From: a virus
Taxonomy: Duplodnaviria > Heunggongvirae > Uroviricota > Caudoviricetes
Reading direction: 5' to 3' (one strand)
Length of the DNA stretch: 39,906 nt
IMG/VR virus record: IMGVR_UViG_2737471844_000008
Span: 1-39,906 of that record
Positions within the stretch are counted from its first letter, which is position 1. Each line of letters begins with the position of its first letter. Below the pieces are notes generated by a model that did not search any database, was not told the DNA's origin, and saw nothing but the letters and a program-made list of their open reading frames with translations. Made by a program: the position numbers and the translations under genes. This document shows, one piece after another, positions 31,478 to 38,851 of the stretch.

Positions 31478-31771
31478 TCAGAATTCCATCTGGATTTGTT
31501 CAGAACGCTCGGTTGCCGCCGGGCGTTTTTTATTGGTGAGAATCGAAGCAACTTGTCGTGCCAATCGAGCCATATCGTCGTCAACGACGCCCCATTCAAG
31601 AACAGCAAGCAGCATTGAGAACTTTGGAATCCAGTCCCTCTTCCACCTGCTGATCTGCGACTTATCAACTCCCACAGCTTCCGCTGTCTTCTCAGTTCCA
31701 AGCATTGCGATTTTGTTAAGCAACGCACTCTCGATTCGTAGAGCCTCGTTGCGTTTGTTTGCACGAACCAT
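31478..31771 (-). CDS. cII: CII transcriptional activator (lambda CII-type)
   Basis: From [47 protein letters not shown] the ORF is near-identical to lambda CII. The ORF-track N-terminal extension is translated nutR/tR1 leader. Confidence 0.9.
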   Translation of the reverse strand: MVRANKRNEALRIESALLNKIAMLGTEKTAEAVGVDKSQISRWKRDWIPKFSMLLAVLEWGVVDDDMARLARQVASILTNKKRPAATERSEQIQMEF

Positions 31772-31804
31772 ATGTAAGTATTTCCTTAACAAATAAGAAG
31801 TTAT

Positions 31805-31822
31805 GCGCATCAACTTATGCGC
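31805..31822 (-). terminator. tR1-like hairpin between nutR and cII
   Basis: Minus-strand RNA GCGCAU-AAGUUG-AUGCGC followed by a U-rich tract (AUAACUUCUUAUUUGUU). Confidence 0.3.
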
Positions 31823-31828
31823 GTTGTA

Positions 31829-31872
31829 TTCCCGCATTTCGGCGGGAATGAGGACCATGACTGTTAAAGAGC
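31829..31872 (-). promoter_or_regulatory. nutR (boxA plus boxB)
   Basis: Minus-strand boxA GCTCTTTAACA starts 8 nt after the cro stop, followed by boxB hairpin UUCCCGC-CGAAAU-GCGGGAA. The same boxB recurs at nutL. Confidence 0.65.
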
Positions 31873-31879
31873 AATTTGC

Positions 31880-32065
31880 TTATGCCGCTTTGCGGTAAGC
31901 GCTTTCTTGATACTTCAGGGCGCCAGCTGTAACGACTTCCAGTCGATAGGCGTCTTTCTCTGGGATGACTTCCTTCCACTGAGAGACTGCTGCGTCGCTA
32001 ATGCCTAACGCTTTAGCTACAGCACGCTGGGTTCCGAAGTGGTCGATAACATCTTTCTTGTACAT
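31880..32065 (-). CDS. cro: Cro repressor, P22-type
   Basis: 61-aa ORF near-identical, from memory, to P22 Cro (MYKKDVIDHFGTQRAVAKALGISDAAVSQWKEVIPEKDAYRLE...). Confidence 0.93.
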   Translation of the reverse strand: MYKKDVIDHFGTQRAVAKALGISDAAVSQWKEVIPEKDAYRLEVVTAGALKYQESAYRKAA

Positions 32066-32079
32066 AGACTCGCTCCGAA

Positions 32080-32145
32080 ATTAAAGAACACTTAAATTAT
32101 CCACTAAAGGAATCTTAAGTCAAGTTTATTTAAGATGTCTTAACT
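32080..32145. promoter_or_regulatory. Right operator OR1-OR2-OR3 with divergent PR (to cro) and PRM (to c2)
   Basis: Three 18-bp P22-type operators: ATTAAAGAACACTTAAAT (32080..32097), ACTAAAGGAATCTTAAGT (32103..32120), ATTTAAGATGTCTTAACT (32128..32145). PR on the minus strand: -35 TTGACT (32118..32123), 17-nt spacer, -10 ATAATT (32095..32100). The c2 ATG directly follows OR3. Confidence 0.75.
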
Positions 32146-32796
32146 ATGAAAACTCAATTGATGGGAGAGCGCATTCGCGCTCGGAGAAAAGAACTCAAGA
32201 TCAGGCAGGCCGCACTTGGAAAGATGGTCGGCGTGTCTAATGTTGCCATATCTCAGTGGGAACGCTCTGAGACAGAGCCAAATGGAGAGAATCTTCTCGC
32301 CCTGGCTAATGCGTTGAAGTGTTCCCCTGACTATCTGATGAAAGGAGAGGAAAGTCTTTCAAACATTGCCTATCACAGTAGGCATGATCCAAGAGGGTCA
32401 TACCCTCTGATTAGCTGGGTGAGCGCAGGATGCTGGATGGAAGCTGTAGAACCATATCATAAGCGTGCAATAGATAACTGGTACGATACAACCGTAGACT
32501 GTTCAGAAGATTCGTTTTGGTTGGACGTGAAGGGAGACTCAATGACGGCTCCGGCCGGTCTCAGTATCCCTGAAGGAATGATAATACTCGTCGATCCTGA
32601 AGTAGAGCCGCGTAACGGGAAACTGGTAGTTGCAAAGCTCGAAGGAGAAAACGAGGCAACTTTCAAGAAGTTAGTTATTGATGCAGGCAGGAAGTTTCTA
32701 AAACCACTTAACCCACAATATCCGATGATCGAGATCAACGGAAACTGCAAAATCATCGGCGTAGTTGTCGATGCAAAACTAGCAAACCTTCCATAA
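32146..32796 (+). CDS. c2: C2 repressor (P22 c2; CI-type HTH plus S24 LexA-like autopeptidase)
   Basis: 216-aa ORF near-identical, from memory, to P22 C2 (QLMGERIRARRKELKIRQAALGKMVGVSNVAISQWERSETEPNGENLLAL...). Confidence 0.95.
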   Translation: MKTQLMGERIRARRKELKIRQAALGKMVGVSNVAISQWERSETEPNGENLLALANALKCSPDYLMKGEESLSNIAYHSRHDPRGSYPLISWVSAGCWMEAVEPYHKRAIDNWYDTTVDCSEDSFWLDVKGDSMTAPAGLSIPEGMIILVDPEVEPRNGKLVVAKLEGENEATFKKLVIDAGRKFLKPLNPQYPMIEINGNCKIIGVVVDAKLANLP

Positions 32797-32819
32797 GGGG
32801 GCATTCGCCCCTTTTTTTT
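32797..32819 (+). terminator. Intrinsic terminator downstream of c2
   Basis: GGGGGC-ATTC-GCCCC hairpin immediately after the c2 stop, followed by eight T residues. Confidence 0.7.
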
Positions 32820-32842
32820 ATTTCCTTTAAAAATCAAAGCAA

Positions 32843-32916
32843 AACTTAAGTTACGAAAGAAAATTTAAGTTTTCTTCAAAAATATTCTTGACCATTAATT
32901 AAAGAGATCTTAAATT
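32843..32916 (+). promoter_or_regulatory. Left operator region OL with PL promoter
   Basis: PL: -35 TTGACC (32888..32893), 17-nt spacer, -10 TAAATT (32911..32916). P22-type operator ATTAAAGAGATCTTAAAT (32898..32915) overlaps the promoter; two further TTAAG-containing operator-like sites lie at about 32843..32879. Confidence 0.6.
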
Positions 32917-32962
32917 TAAGCCATCAGCAGGACGCTGGAAGCCAAACGGAACAGATTGGCAG

Positions 32963-33003
32963 GCTCTTTAACATTGATGGGATTGTCCCGCCGAAATGCG
33001 GGA
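32963..33003 (+). promoter_or_regulatory. nutL (boxA plus boxB)
   Basis: boxA GCTCTTTAACA (32963..32973), then boxB hairpin UCCCGC-CGAAAU-GCGGGA (32986..33003), about 40-80 nt downstream of the predicted PL start; same boxB as nutR. Confidence 0.65.
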
Positions 33004-33314
33004 ACCAAAGAGTAGTTGGCTTTGGGGTGACGTGAAGTGCAGCTGCACGACGGCAACCGGAAGATAAGCACCCGGCGCGTCACCGCCAAAGTCAATTCCA
33101 TAGGCGAAATGCAGCCGCCAAACACAGCCAATGCTGCACATGCAACAGGAGGATTTATGTGAATGCATAACTTCAAAACCGAGGTTAATTAAATCTCTCG
33201 ATCCGAGCATCGACCTATTAGGTGGCGAGATGCTCTTTCTGCCCCTCATGTCGAGGGGACAGAAACCACTTTGCAATCACTATCAATTCCAAAGTTGTTT
33301 CATCGGAGGTCAAC

Positions 33315-33620
33315 ATGACAGTAGTCATTACATATCTGGCTGACGATAACGCCAGAAATCGCCGCAGAGCACGCAGACAGGCTCAACGTGAACAGGCAAT
33401 GCAAGAACAGCGACTGGCGCGAAAGATTGCGCTAAAGCTCTCTGGTTGCGTCAGAGCAGATAAAGCAGCATCAATCGGAAGCCTTCGCTGCAAGAAGGCA
33501 GAAGAAGTCGAGCGTAAACAGAACCGTATTTACTACCGCAAGCCACGCAGTGAAATGGGTGTGACTTGTGTTGGTCGCCAGAAAATGAAATTAGGCAGCA
33601 AACCACTGTATGAGGGGTGA
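33315..33620 (+). CDS. N: N antiterminator, phage-21-type
   Basis: ATG preceded by GGAGG; N-terminal arginine-rich motif (NARNRRRARRQAQREQAMQEQRLARK); C-terminal ~65 aa match phage 21 N from memory (ARKIALKLSGCVRADKAAS.GSLRCKKAEEVERKQNRIYY...). Confidence 0.85.
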   Translation: MTVVITYLADDNARNRRRARRQAQREQAMQEQRLARKIALKLSGCVRADKAASIGSLRCKKAEEVERKQNRIYYRKPRSEMGVTCVGRQKMKLGSKPLYEG

Positions 33621-33623
33621 GAT

Positions 33624-33755
33624 ATGAGCTACCAAATTCAATACAGAAGTTGCGGTAGATGGGTTTGCGGAAACTCTTTCAAAACAAAAGAACAGGCTGA
33701 GCAATACGCAAAACAAACAGGTCAGGATTATCAAATTGTAAAGACAAGGAGATAA
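33624..33755 (+). CDS. Hypothetical 43-aa protein immediately downstream of N
   Basis: ATG 3 nt after the N stop with a GAGGGG Shine-Dalgarno; encodes MSYQIQYRSCGRWVCGNSFKTKEQAEQYAKQTGQDYQIVKTRR; its stop is 1 nt before the PAPS-reductase-like ATG. Confidence 0.4.
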   Translation: MSYQIQYRSCGRWVCGNSFKTKEQAEQYAKQTGQDYQIVKTRR

Positions 33756-33756
33756 C

Positions 33757-34614
33757 ATGCCAGGATTTACAAGTAAATTCATACCAAGAAGAGAATTCAA
33801 GCATAATCCAGAAAGACTAAATGTTATTTCTTCCGGTGGTGGTACTCAAAGTAACGCAATAATCTGCTTAGTACATGCTGGCGTTCTTCCAAAGCCTGAC
33901 ATTATCGTTATGTCAGATACAGAACGTGAGGCAAGTAATGTATTTGAATATCAGAAAAAATATATAGCTCCTATTTGTGAAGATATGGGTGTTGATTACC
34001 TGATTGTTCCTAAAAGTAGATTTGCTACCTACGACATTGATGGGCCTGATCCAGACGTTCCTCTACCTGGATATTTCACAGAATACGAGGGAAGGGATTC
34101 AAAAGGAATGTGCGCTGGAAAGCAACCAGCATTTTGTTCTATAAAGTGGAAAACTGAAGTTATTCAGAGATTTTTAAATGAAAGATATGGAGAGAAGTAT
34201 CTTACAACAAGAGGAGTGGATAGTTGGATTGGGATAAGCATTGAAGAGGCTAAACGAAGAGCGAAATACCCAACTGGCAAGTGGCAGAGGCGCTATCCAC
34301 TTATTGAAATGCTAATGACTAAACAGATGGCAATTCAATGTGTAGAGGATTATGGTCTTCCTACACCACCTGCCTCGCTTTGCTGGATGTGCCCTAACAG
34401 AGATGATGATCTGTGGCTTTATATGAAAAATAACGTCCCATCTGATTTTGAAAGAGCATGTCAGCATGAAAAAGAGATACAAATGAAGTGGCCTCATTTG
34501 TGGCTTACTAAATATGGTGTTCCACTATCTGAGGCACCACTAACACCTAGTGGTGGTAAAAATGCACAAATGGATCTTATACAATTCTGCGATTCTGGAC
34601 TGTGCTTCGTTTAA
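33757..34614 (+). CDS. PAPS reductase-like PP-loop ATP pyrophosphatase family protein with C-terminal Cys cluster (accessory gene)
   Basis: 285-aa ORF; N-terminal PP-loop-like motif (VISSGGGTQSNAI) typical of the PAPS reductase/DndC/BrxP/IbrA superfamily; C-terminal cysteines (CWMC...C...CDSGLC); AT-rich coding sequence; two terminator-like hairpins follow. Confidence 0.8.
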   Translation: MPGFTSKFIPRREFKHNPERLNVISSGGGTQSNAIICLVHAGVLPKPDIIVMSDTEREASNVFEYQKKYIAPICEDMGVDYLIVPKSRFATYDIDGPDPDVPLPGYFTEYEGRDSKGMCAGKQPAFCSIKWKTEVIQRFLNERYGEKYLTTRGVDSWIGISIEEAKRRAKYPTGKWQRRYPLIEMLMTKQMAIQCVEDYGLPTPPASLCWMCPNRDDDLWLYMKNNVPSDFERACQHEKEIQMKWPHLWLTKYGVPLSEAPLTPSGGKNAQMDLIQFCDSGLCFV

Positions 34615-34751
34615 GCCGCATAACCCATTAGAGCAGAAATATTCGCTAATTAAAATTGAAAGAATAATTTCATTTATAAACCAGTTCCCTGAATCTTACC
34701 TGTTTTGCGATGGTGACCGGGAAATAGCAGAGATTAAGTTTGAGGAATGAA

Positions 34752-34776
34752 GCCGAATATTCGGCCTTTACTTTTG
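34752..34776 (+). terminator. Terminator-like palindrome downstream of the PAPS-reductase-like gene
   Basis: Perfect palindrome GCCGAATATTCGGC followed by CTTTACTTTTGG. Confidence 0.35.
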
Positions 34777-34894
34777 GCACTAACAACAGAATAAACACTG
34801 CACTGTGTATTCATTCCAACGAGTGAATACACGGAGCAATGTCGCTCGTAACTAAACAGGAGCCGACTTGTTCTGATTATTGGAAATCTTCTTT

Positions 34895-34921
34895 GCCCTC
34901 CAGTGTGAGGGCAATTTTTTT
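34895..34921 (+). terminator. Terminator-like hairpin immediately upstream of the coiled-coil gene
   Basis: GCCCTC-CAGTGT-GAGGGC stem followed by AATTTTTTT, ending 13 nt before the downstream ATG. Confidence 0.45.
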
Positions 34922-34933
34922 GATGGAGGATAT

Positions 34934-35902
34934 ATGAGTGAAGTAACAGATTTAGTTGTTATTGAAAAAGCAAATGCAATGACTGTATTTCAGTCTGCCG
35001 ACCAGATTGAAGAAATCCTTCAAAAGGTTGAACGTGAAGTTATGTCCTTTGTGCCTGATATCACAACGGCAAAGGGCAGAAAGGAGATCGCTTCTCTGGC
35101 GTATAAAGTTGCGCAGACGAAAACATATCTCGATGGTCTTGGAAAAGACCTTGTTGCTGAACTGAAGGAAATTCCAAAGCTAATTGATGCCAACCGCAAG
35201 ACAGTGCGTGATCGCCTTGATGAGCTGAAATCCAAGGCACGCCAGCCTCTTACTGATTATGAGGAGGAACAGGCACGGATTAAAGCCGAAGAAGAAGCTA
35301 AGGCAGCAGCTGAAGCTCTCGCAAAGCAAATTGAGTCTGACCATGAAATAGCTATTTTGATGGATCGCGAATTTGACCGCCAAAGAGAAGAGGCAAGACT
35401 CAAAGCGGAGCAGGAAAAGCGAGAGCATGAAGAACGCTTAAAAAGAGAAGCTGAAGAGAAAGCCAGAGCAGAAGCCGAAGCAAAGGCAAAAGCCGAAATT
35501 GAAGCAGCAGCAAGGCGAGAAGCAGAAGCTAAGGCCGCAGCGGAACGTGCAGAGCGTGAACGCATTGAAGCCGAGCAACGAGCACAGCGCGAAGCAAAAG
35601 AGGCAGCAGAACGAGCTGAAAGAGAAAAGCAGGCGGCAATTGAAGCAGAACGCCGAAAAGCACAGGAGGAGGCTGAACGAATCCGGCGCGAGGCTGAAGC
35701 AAAAGAGCAAGCCAGAATAGCAGAAGAAAAAAGAATCAAGGACGAAGAAGAGCGTAGAGCAAAGGATAAAGCTCACCGGAAAGAAGTAAATAACAAAATA
35801 CTTGCTGACCTTATCAAGGTTGGCGCATCAGAAGATGTTGCTAAAAATATCATAACAGCCATCGTAAAAGGCAAAGTATTCGCAACAAAAATAACCTACT
35901 AA
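34934..35902 (+). CDS. Coiled-coil protein with long Ala/Glu/Lys/Arg-rich TolA-like helix (unknown function)
   Basis: ATG at 34934 preceded by GGAGGA; the ORF-track start at 34880 is a TTG that would translate the terminator hairpin. About 120-aa N-terminal domain, about 180 aa of EAKA/AERA-type repeats, short C-terminal domain. Confidence 0.7.
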   Translation: MSEVTDLVVIEKANAMTVFQSADQIEEILQKVEREVMSFVPDITTAKGRKEIASLAYKVAQTKTYLDGLGKDLVAELKEIPKLIDANRKTVRDRLDELKSKARQPLTDYEEEQARIKAEEEAKAAAEALAKQIESDHEIAILMDREFDRQREEARLKAEQEKREHEERLKREAEEKARAEAEAKAKAEIEAAARREAEAKAAAERAERERIEAEQRAQREAKEAAERAEREKQAAIEAERRKAQEEAERIRREAEAKEQARIAEEKRIKDEEERRAKDKAHRKEVNNKILADLIKVGASEDVAKNIITAIVKGKVFATKITY

Positions 35903-35926
35903 TAAAACCAACATAAGGAACCACCC

Positions 35927-36058
35927 ATGATTTACGCAATCGCGGGAGGCGCTCGCATGGGTGCCTTCCAACTAAATGAATCTTTACTTGAACGAATCAC
36001 CCGTAAATTACGTGACGGATGGAAAAGAGTTGAGGTCTTATTATGCGCAATGAAATAG
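35927..36058 (+). CDS. cIII: CIII-like protein (FtsH/HflB inhibitor), 43 aa
   Basis: Manual translation gives MIYAIAGGARMGAFQLNESLLERITRKLRDGWKRVEVLLCAMK; the central ESLLERITRKLRDGWKR matches the lambda CIII core helix. AGGA Shine-Dalgarno 8 nt upstream. Confidence 0.75.
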   Translation: MIYAIAGGARMGAFQLNESLLERITRKLRDGWKRVEVLLCAMK

Positions 36059-36195
36059 CCATCAATCACCAGATGCTTCGTGCTGCACAGAACAAAGCAG
36101 TAATAGCCAGATTTATTGGTGATTCCAAAATGTGGCTTGAAGCAAATAAAGCGATGAAATCAGCTATCAACCTTCCGTGGTATCGCAGGAAATGA
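36043..36195 (+). CDS. Kil-like small protein (candidate host cell-division inhibitor), 50 aa
   Basis: Overlaps the cIII 3' end in another frame; ARFIGDSKMWLEA resembles the remembered lambda Kil motif (ATFIGDEKMFREA). Weak Shine-Dalgarno. Memory-based assignment. Confidence 0.4.
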   Translation: MRNEIAINHQMLRAAQNKAVIARFIGDSKMWLEANKAMKSAINLPWYRRK

Positions 36196-36270
36196 GTTTT
36201 ACAGATAACTGGTCAGACGAAGAATTCATTCGTCAGATGAAAGAATTAATCGGTAACGAAGGAGATATTC

Positions 36271-36441
36271 ATGTCACTTGCAACCACAGTGAAGGAGAGC
36301 AAGTTACAGAGACGCATGTACACGCAGAAAGCTCTCTGGTATCGCCATAATGGCGACCGCGAAGGAATGCGGGTATGCCTTAATTTGTCCCGAGTCGAAG
36401 TATTAAATCAGCGTTATTTCCTTGGGCCATGTCCATTCTGA
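36271..36441 (+). CDS. Hypothetical 56-aa protein upstream of the annealing-protein gene
   Basis: ATG preceded by a strong AGGAG Shine-Dalgarno at 6-nt spacing; ends 8 nt before the Erf-family gene. Confidence 0.35.
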   Translation: MSLATTVKESKLQRRMYTQKALWYRHNGDREGMRVCLNLSRVEVLNQRYFLGPCPF

Positions 36442-36449
36442 GGTGATTT

Positions 36450-37157
36450 ATGGATTTGAATAAATTCGATGAGCCATTCAGCCCTGAAGATATCGAATGG
36501 CGAATACAGCAAAGCGGTAAAACACGCGATGGCAAAGTGTGGGCTATGGTGCTGGCTTATGTCACGAACCGGGCAATCATGAAACGCCTGGACGATGTTT
36601 GCGGCAAAGCAGGATGGCGCAATGAATACCGCGATATTCCCAACAACGGCGGAGTTGAATGCGGCATATCAATCAAGATTGATTCCGAATGGGTAACCAA
36701 ATGGGATGCTGCTGAAAACACGCAGGTAGAAGCCGTCAAAGGCGGTCGTTCCGGTGCAATGAAGCGCGCTGCCGTTCAGTGGGGAATCGGTCGGTATCTG
36801 TATAACCTTGAGGAAGGTTTTGCACAAACATCTCTCGATAAAAAGCAGGGATGGCACAGGGCAAAACTGAAGGATGGAACAGGATTTTACTGGCTCCCTC
36901 CATCGCTGCCGGGATGGGCAATCCCAGCATCAGATAACAAACCATCACCAGAAAATACCAACCAGAAATCTCCATCGGTTAACTGCGAACAAATCCTGAA
37001 AGACTTCAGCGATTATGCGTCAACAGAAACTGACAAGAAAAAACTCATCGAGCGTTATCAGCGTGACTGGCAATTAATGGCTGGCAACGAGGAGGCGCAG
37101 GCTAAATGCGTTCAGGTAATGAACATCAGAGTTAACGAACTAAAACAGGCGGCATAA
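36450..37157 (+). CDS. erf: Single-strand annealing protein: Erf C-terminal domain joined to a divergent Rad52/Sak-like N-terminal domain
   Basis: C-terminal ~55 aa (EQILKDFSDYASTETDKKKLIERYQRDWQLMAGNEEAQAKCVQVMNIRVNELKQAA) match the P22 Erf C-terminus; the N-terminal domain (KGGRSGAMKRAAVQWGIGRYLYN) does not match the P22 Erf N-terminus. Confidence 0.85.
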   Translation: MDLNKFDEPFSPEDIEWRIQQSGKTRDGKVWAMVLAYVTNRAIMKRLDDVCGKAGWRNEYRDIPNNGGVECGISIKIDSEWVTKWDAAENTQVEAVKGGRSGAMKRAAVQWGIGRYLYNLEEGFAQTSLDKKQGWHRAKLKDGTGFYWLPPSLPGWAIPASDNKPSPENTNQKSPSVNCEQILKDFSDYASTETDKKKLIERYQRDWQLMAGNEEAQAKCVQVMNIRVNELKQAA

Positions 37158-37664
37158 ATGGCAAGCAGAGGCGTAAATAAGGTGATTATCCTTGGTCGGG
37201 TAGGACAAGACCCGGAAGTTCGATACTCACCATCAGGAACAGCGTTCGCTAACCTGACAATAGCCACGTCAGAACAATGGCGAGATAAAAATACTGGCGA
37301 GCAAAAGGAATTGACTGAATGGCATCGTGTTGCTGTATCCGGGAAACTGGCTGAGGTCGTGGGGCAGTATGTGAAAAAAGGTGATCAGATTTATTTCGAG
37401 GGAATGCTGAGAACCAGAAAGTGGAAAGACCAGTCAGGGCAAGACCGTTACACAACCGAGGTTCATGTCGGAATTAATGGCGTGATGCAAATGCTTGGCG
37501 GCATTGGCGACAGCAAACAACAAGCAGCCAGCAGGCAATCACAGAAGCCACAGCAGCAATCATCACCAGCACAACACAACGAACCTCCGATGGATTTTGA
37601 CGACGATATACCCTTTGCACCAGTAACTCTCCCCTTCCCTCGTCACGCTATTCACGCAATTTAA
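37158..37664 (+). CDS. ssb: Single-stranded DNA-binding protein (SSB)
   Basis: 168-aa ORF with an OB-fold N-terminus ([38 protein letters not shown]), Gln/Pro-rich linker and acidic C-terminal tail (DFDDDIPF); start abuts the erf stop. Confidence 0.93.
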   Translation: MASRGVNKVIILGRVGQDPEVRYSPSGTAFANLTIATSEQWRDKNTGEQKELTEWHRVAVSGKLAEVVGQYVKKGDQIYFEGMLRTRKWKDQSGQDRYTTEVHVGINGVMQMLGGIGDSKQQAASRQSQKPQQQSSPAQHNEPPMDFDDDIPFAPVTLPFPRHAIHAI

Positions 37665-37677
37665 TCAGGAGAAAATC

Positions 37678-37971
37678 ATGCCAGCGCCTCAGTATGGTGC
37701 GGATGACCCACGCCGCTGTTCCGGCAATTCCGTATCGGAGGTGCTGGATAAATTCAGGAAAAACTACGACCGGATAATGTCGCTACCGCAGGAAACGAAA
37801 GAGGAAAAGGAATTTCGCCACTGTATATGGCTTGCAGAGAAAGAAGAACGCGAGCGAATTTACCAGACATCAATCCGACCATTCCGCAAAGCCACATATA
37901 CCCACTTCCCTGAAATTGACCCGCGCCTGCGTAATTACCGCTCACGCTATGGCGCTATCAGTAATGACTGA
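37678..37971 (+). CDS. Hypothetical protein (97 aa)
   Basis: ATG preceded by an AGGAGA Shine-Dalgarno; no recognised motif. Confidence 0.5.
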   Translation: MPAPQYGADDPRRCSGNSVSEVLDKFRKNYDRIMSLPQETKEEKEFRHCIWLAEKEERERIYQTSIRPFRKATYTHFPEIDPRLRNYRSRYGAISND

Positions 37972-37981
37972 GGAATTTACC

Positions 37982-38146
37982 ATGAGAGGACTTGCATACA
38001 ATCCCGGCATTCTTCCGGCAGAAATGATTATTCGCCAACGCGTAAAGCCAATGCCATCGAGAGAGGAATTGCTTAAGAGAAATTCTTTTCCATCAGTAAA
38101 TCAAAACAAATATCTGAATGCGATGTTGCGGAGTGGGAAGAAATGA
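37982..38146 (+). CDS. Hypothetical small protein (54 aa)
   Basis: ATG at 37982 with a GAGGAA Shine-Dalgarno; stop overlaps the next gene's ATG (ATGA). The ORF-track start at 37832 overlaps the preceding gene. Confidence 0.4.
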   Translation: MRGLAYNPGILPAEMIIRQRVKPMPSREELLKRNSFPSVNQNKYLNAMLRSGKK

Positions 38147-38850
38147 AACAAATGTCACTAATTGAGATGGATGGATTCCTGAAAGGTAAATGCTTCCCAC
38201 GAGATTTAAAGGTTAACGAAACAAACGCTGAATATCTTGTCCGTAAGTTCGGTGAACTTGAATCAAAACTCAACGAGCAGCGTGAGTATTACGAGGGCGT
38301 TATCTCGGATGGGAGTAAGCGCATAGCAGAACTGGAAAAACAATGCGCCGAATGGGAGCGAAAAGAATTAAGCAACTTTGAAGAGTGTGCTGCTATGGCT
38401 GAACGTATCGAAGAGTTGCAGACAAACTCTGCACCAGATTCGTTTGGCATCATCGGTGAAAATATTCGAACACAGGATAATCGAATAACGTCAGACCCTA
38501 TGTTTTGTGTGTATCAAAAGCGCGAAATCGTTGTTGATGCTGATTATGACTATGACCGGATTGTCTGGGTTGATGAAGATGGCAATGAAGCCAATAAACG
38601 CCAAAGTCGTCGTCTCGAACTACTTCACGAAAACTTTCGAGAGCCACCAGAAAAATGGCGGCGCGTTGCTGTGAAAGATATTGATGAATTCGTTACCTGC
38701 TGTTTCACCGAACAGGGTTGTAAAGACTACCTGGCAGTCAATGGTCACAATCTTCGCTTGCCATTTATATATGTAAAAAGCGGTTTCAGGAACGCTGAAT
38801 ATATCGGCATAAGAAACTGGCTTGCTGGCATTCGCATCAAAGGAGAGTGA
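38143..38850 (+). CDS. Hypothetical protein (235 aa), early-left accessory region
   Basis: ORF with an N-terminal coiled-coil segment and a Cys-containing C-terminal domain (CCFTEQGC); coupled to flanking genes by overlapping stop and start codons. Confidence 0.55.
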   Translation: MKQMSLIEMDGFLKGKCFPRDLKVNETNAEYLVRKFGELESKLNEQREYYEGVISDGSKRIAELEKQCAEWERKELSNFEECAAMAERIEELQTNSAPDSFGIIGENIRTQDNRITSDPMFCVYQKREIVVDADYDYDRIVWVDEDGNEANKRQSRRLELLHENFREPPEKWRRVAVKDIDEFVTCCFTEQGCKDYLAVNGHNLRLPFIYVKSGFRNAEYIGIRNWLAGIRIKGE

Positions 38851-38851
38851 T

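Noticed and set aside
32916-33276. Minus-strand ORFs of 86 and 102 aa in the PL leader
   Set aside because: Antisense to the PL transcript and overlapping nutL; no start context; the region is better explained as the regulatory leader of N.
34562-34750. 62-aa ORF overlapping the 3' end of the PAPS-reductase-like gene, with a YLFCDGDREIAEI segment faintly resembling a ParB/sulfiredoxin DGxHR motif (which would suggest an IbrB-like partner)
   Set aside because: The only in-frame starts are inside the upstream gene; the motif lacks the conserved His/Arg; the protein is far shorter than ParB-like proteins. Possibly a degenerate remnant; not called as a gene.
35257-35776. Two long minus-strand ORFs (160 aa Ala/Ser/Arg-rich at 35257..35739 and 112 aa Cys/Phe/Leu-rich at 35438..35776) opposite the coiled-coil gene
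   Set aside because: They are reverse-frame translations of the GAA/GCA/AAA-rich repeat region of the plus-strand coiled-coil gene. Low-complexity composition, no ribosome-binding sites, and wrong orientation for the early-left operon.
36192-36350. Alternative-frame 52-aa ORF overlapping the 56-aa ORF upstream of erf
   Set aside because: Weaker ribosome-binding site than the overlapping 56-aa frame; the two cannot both be confidently called and the better-supported frame was listed.
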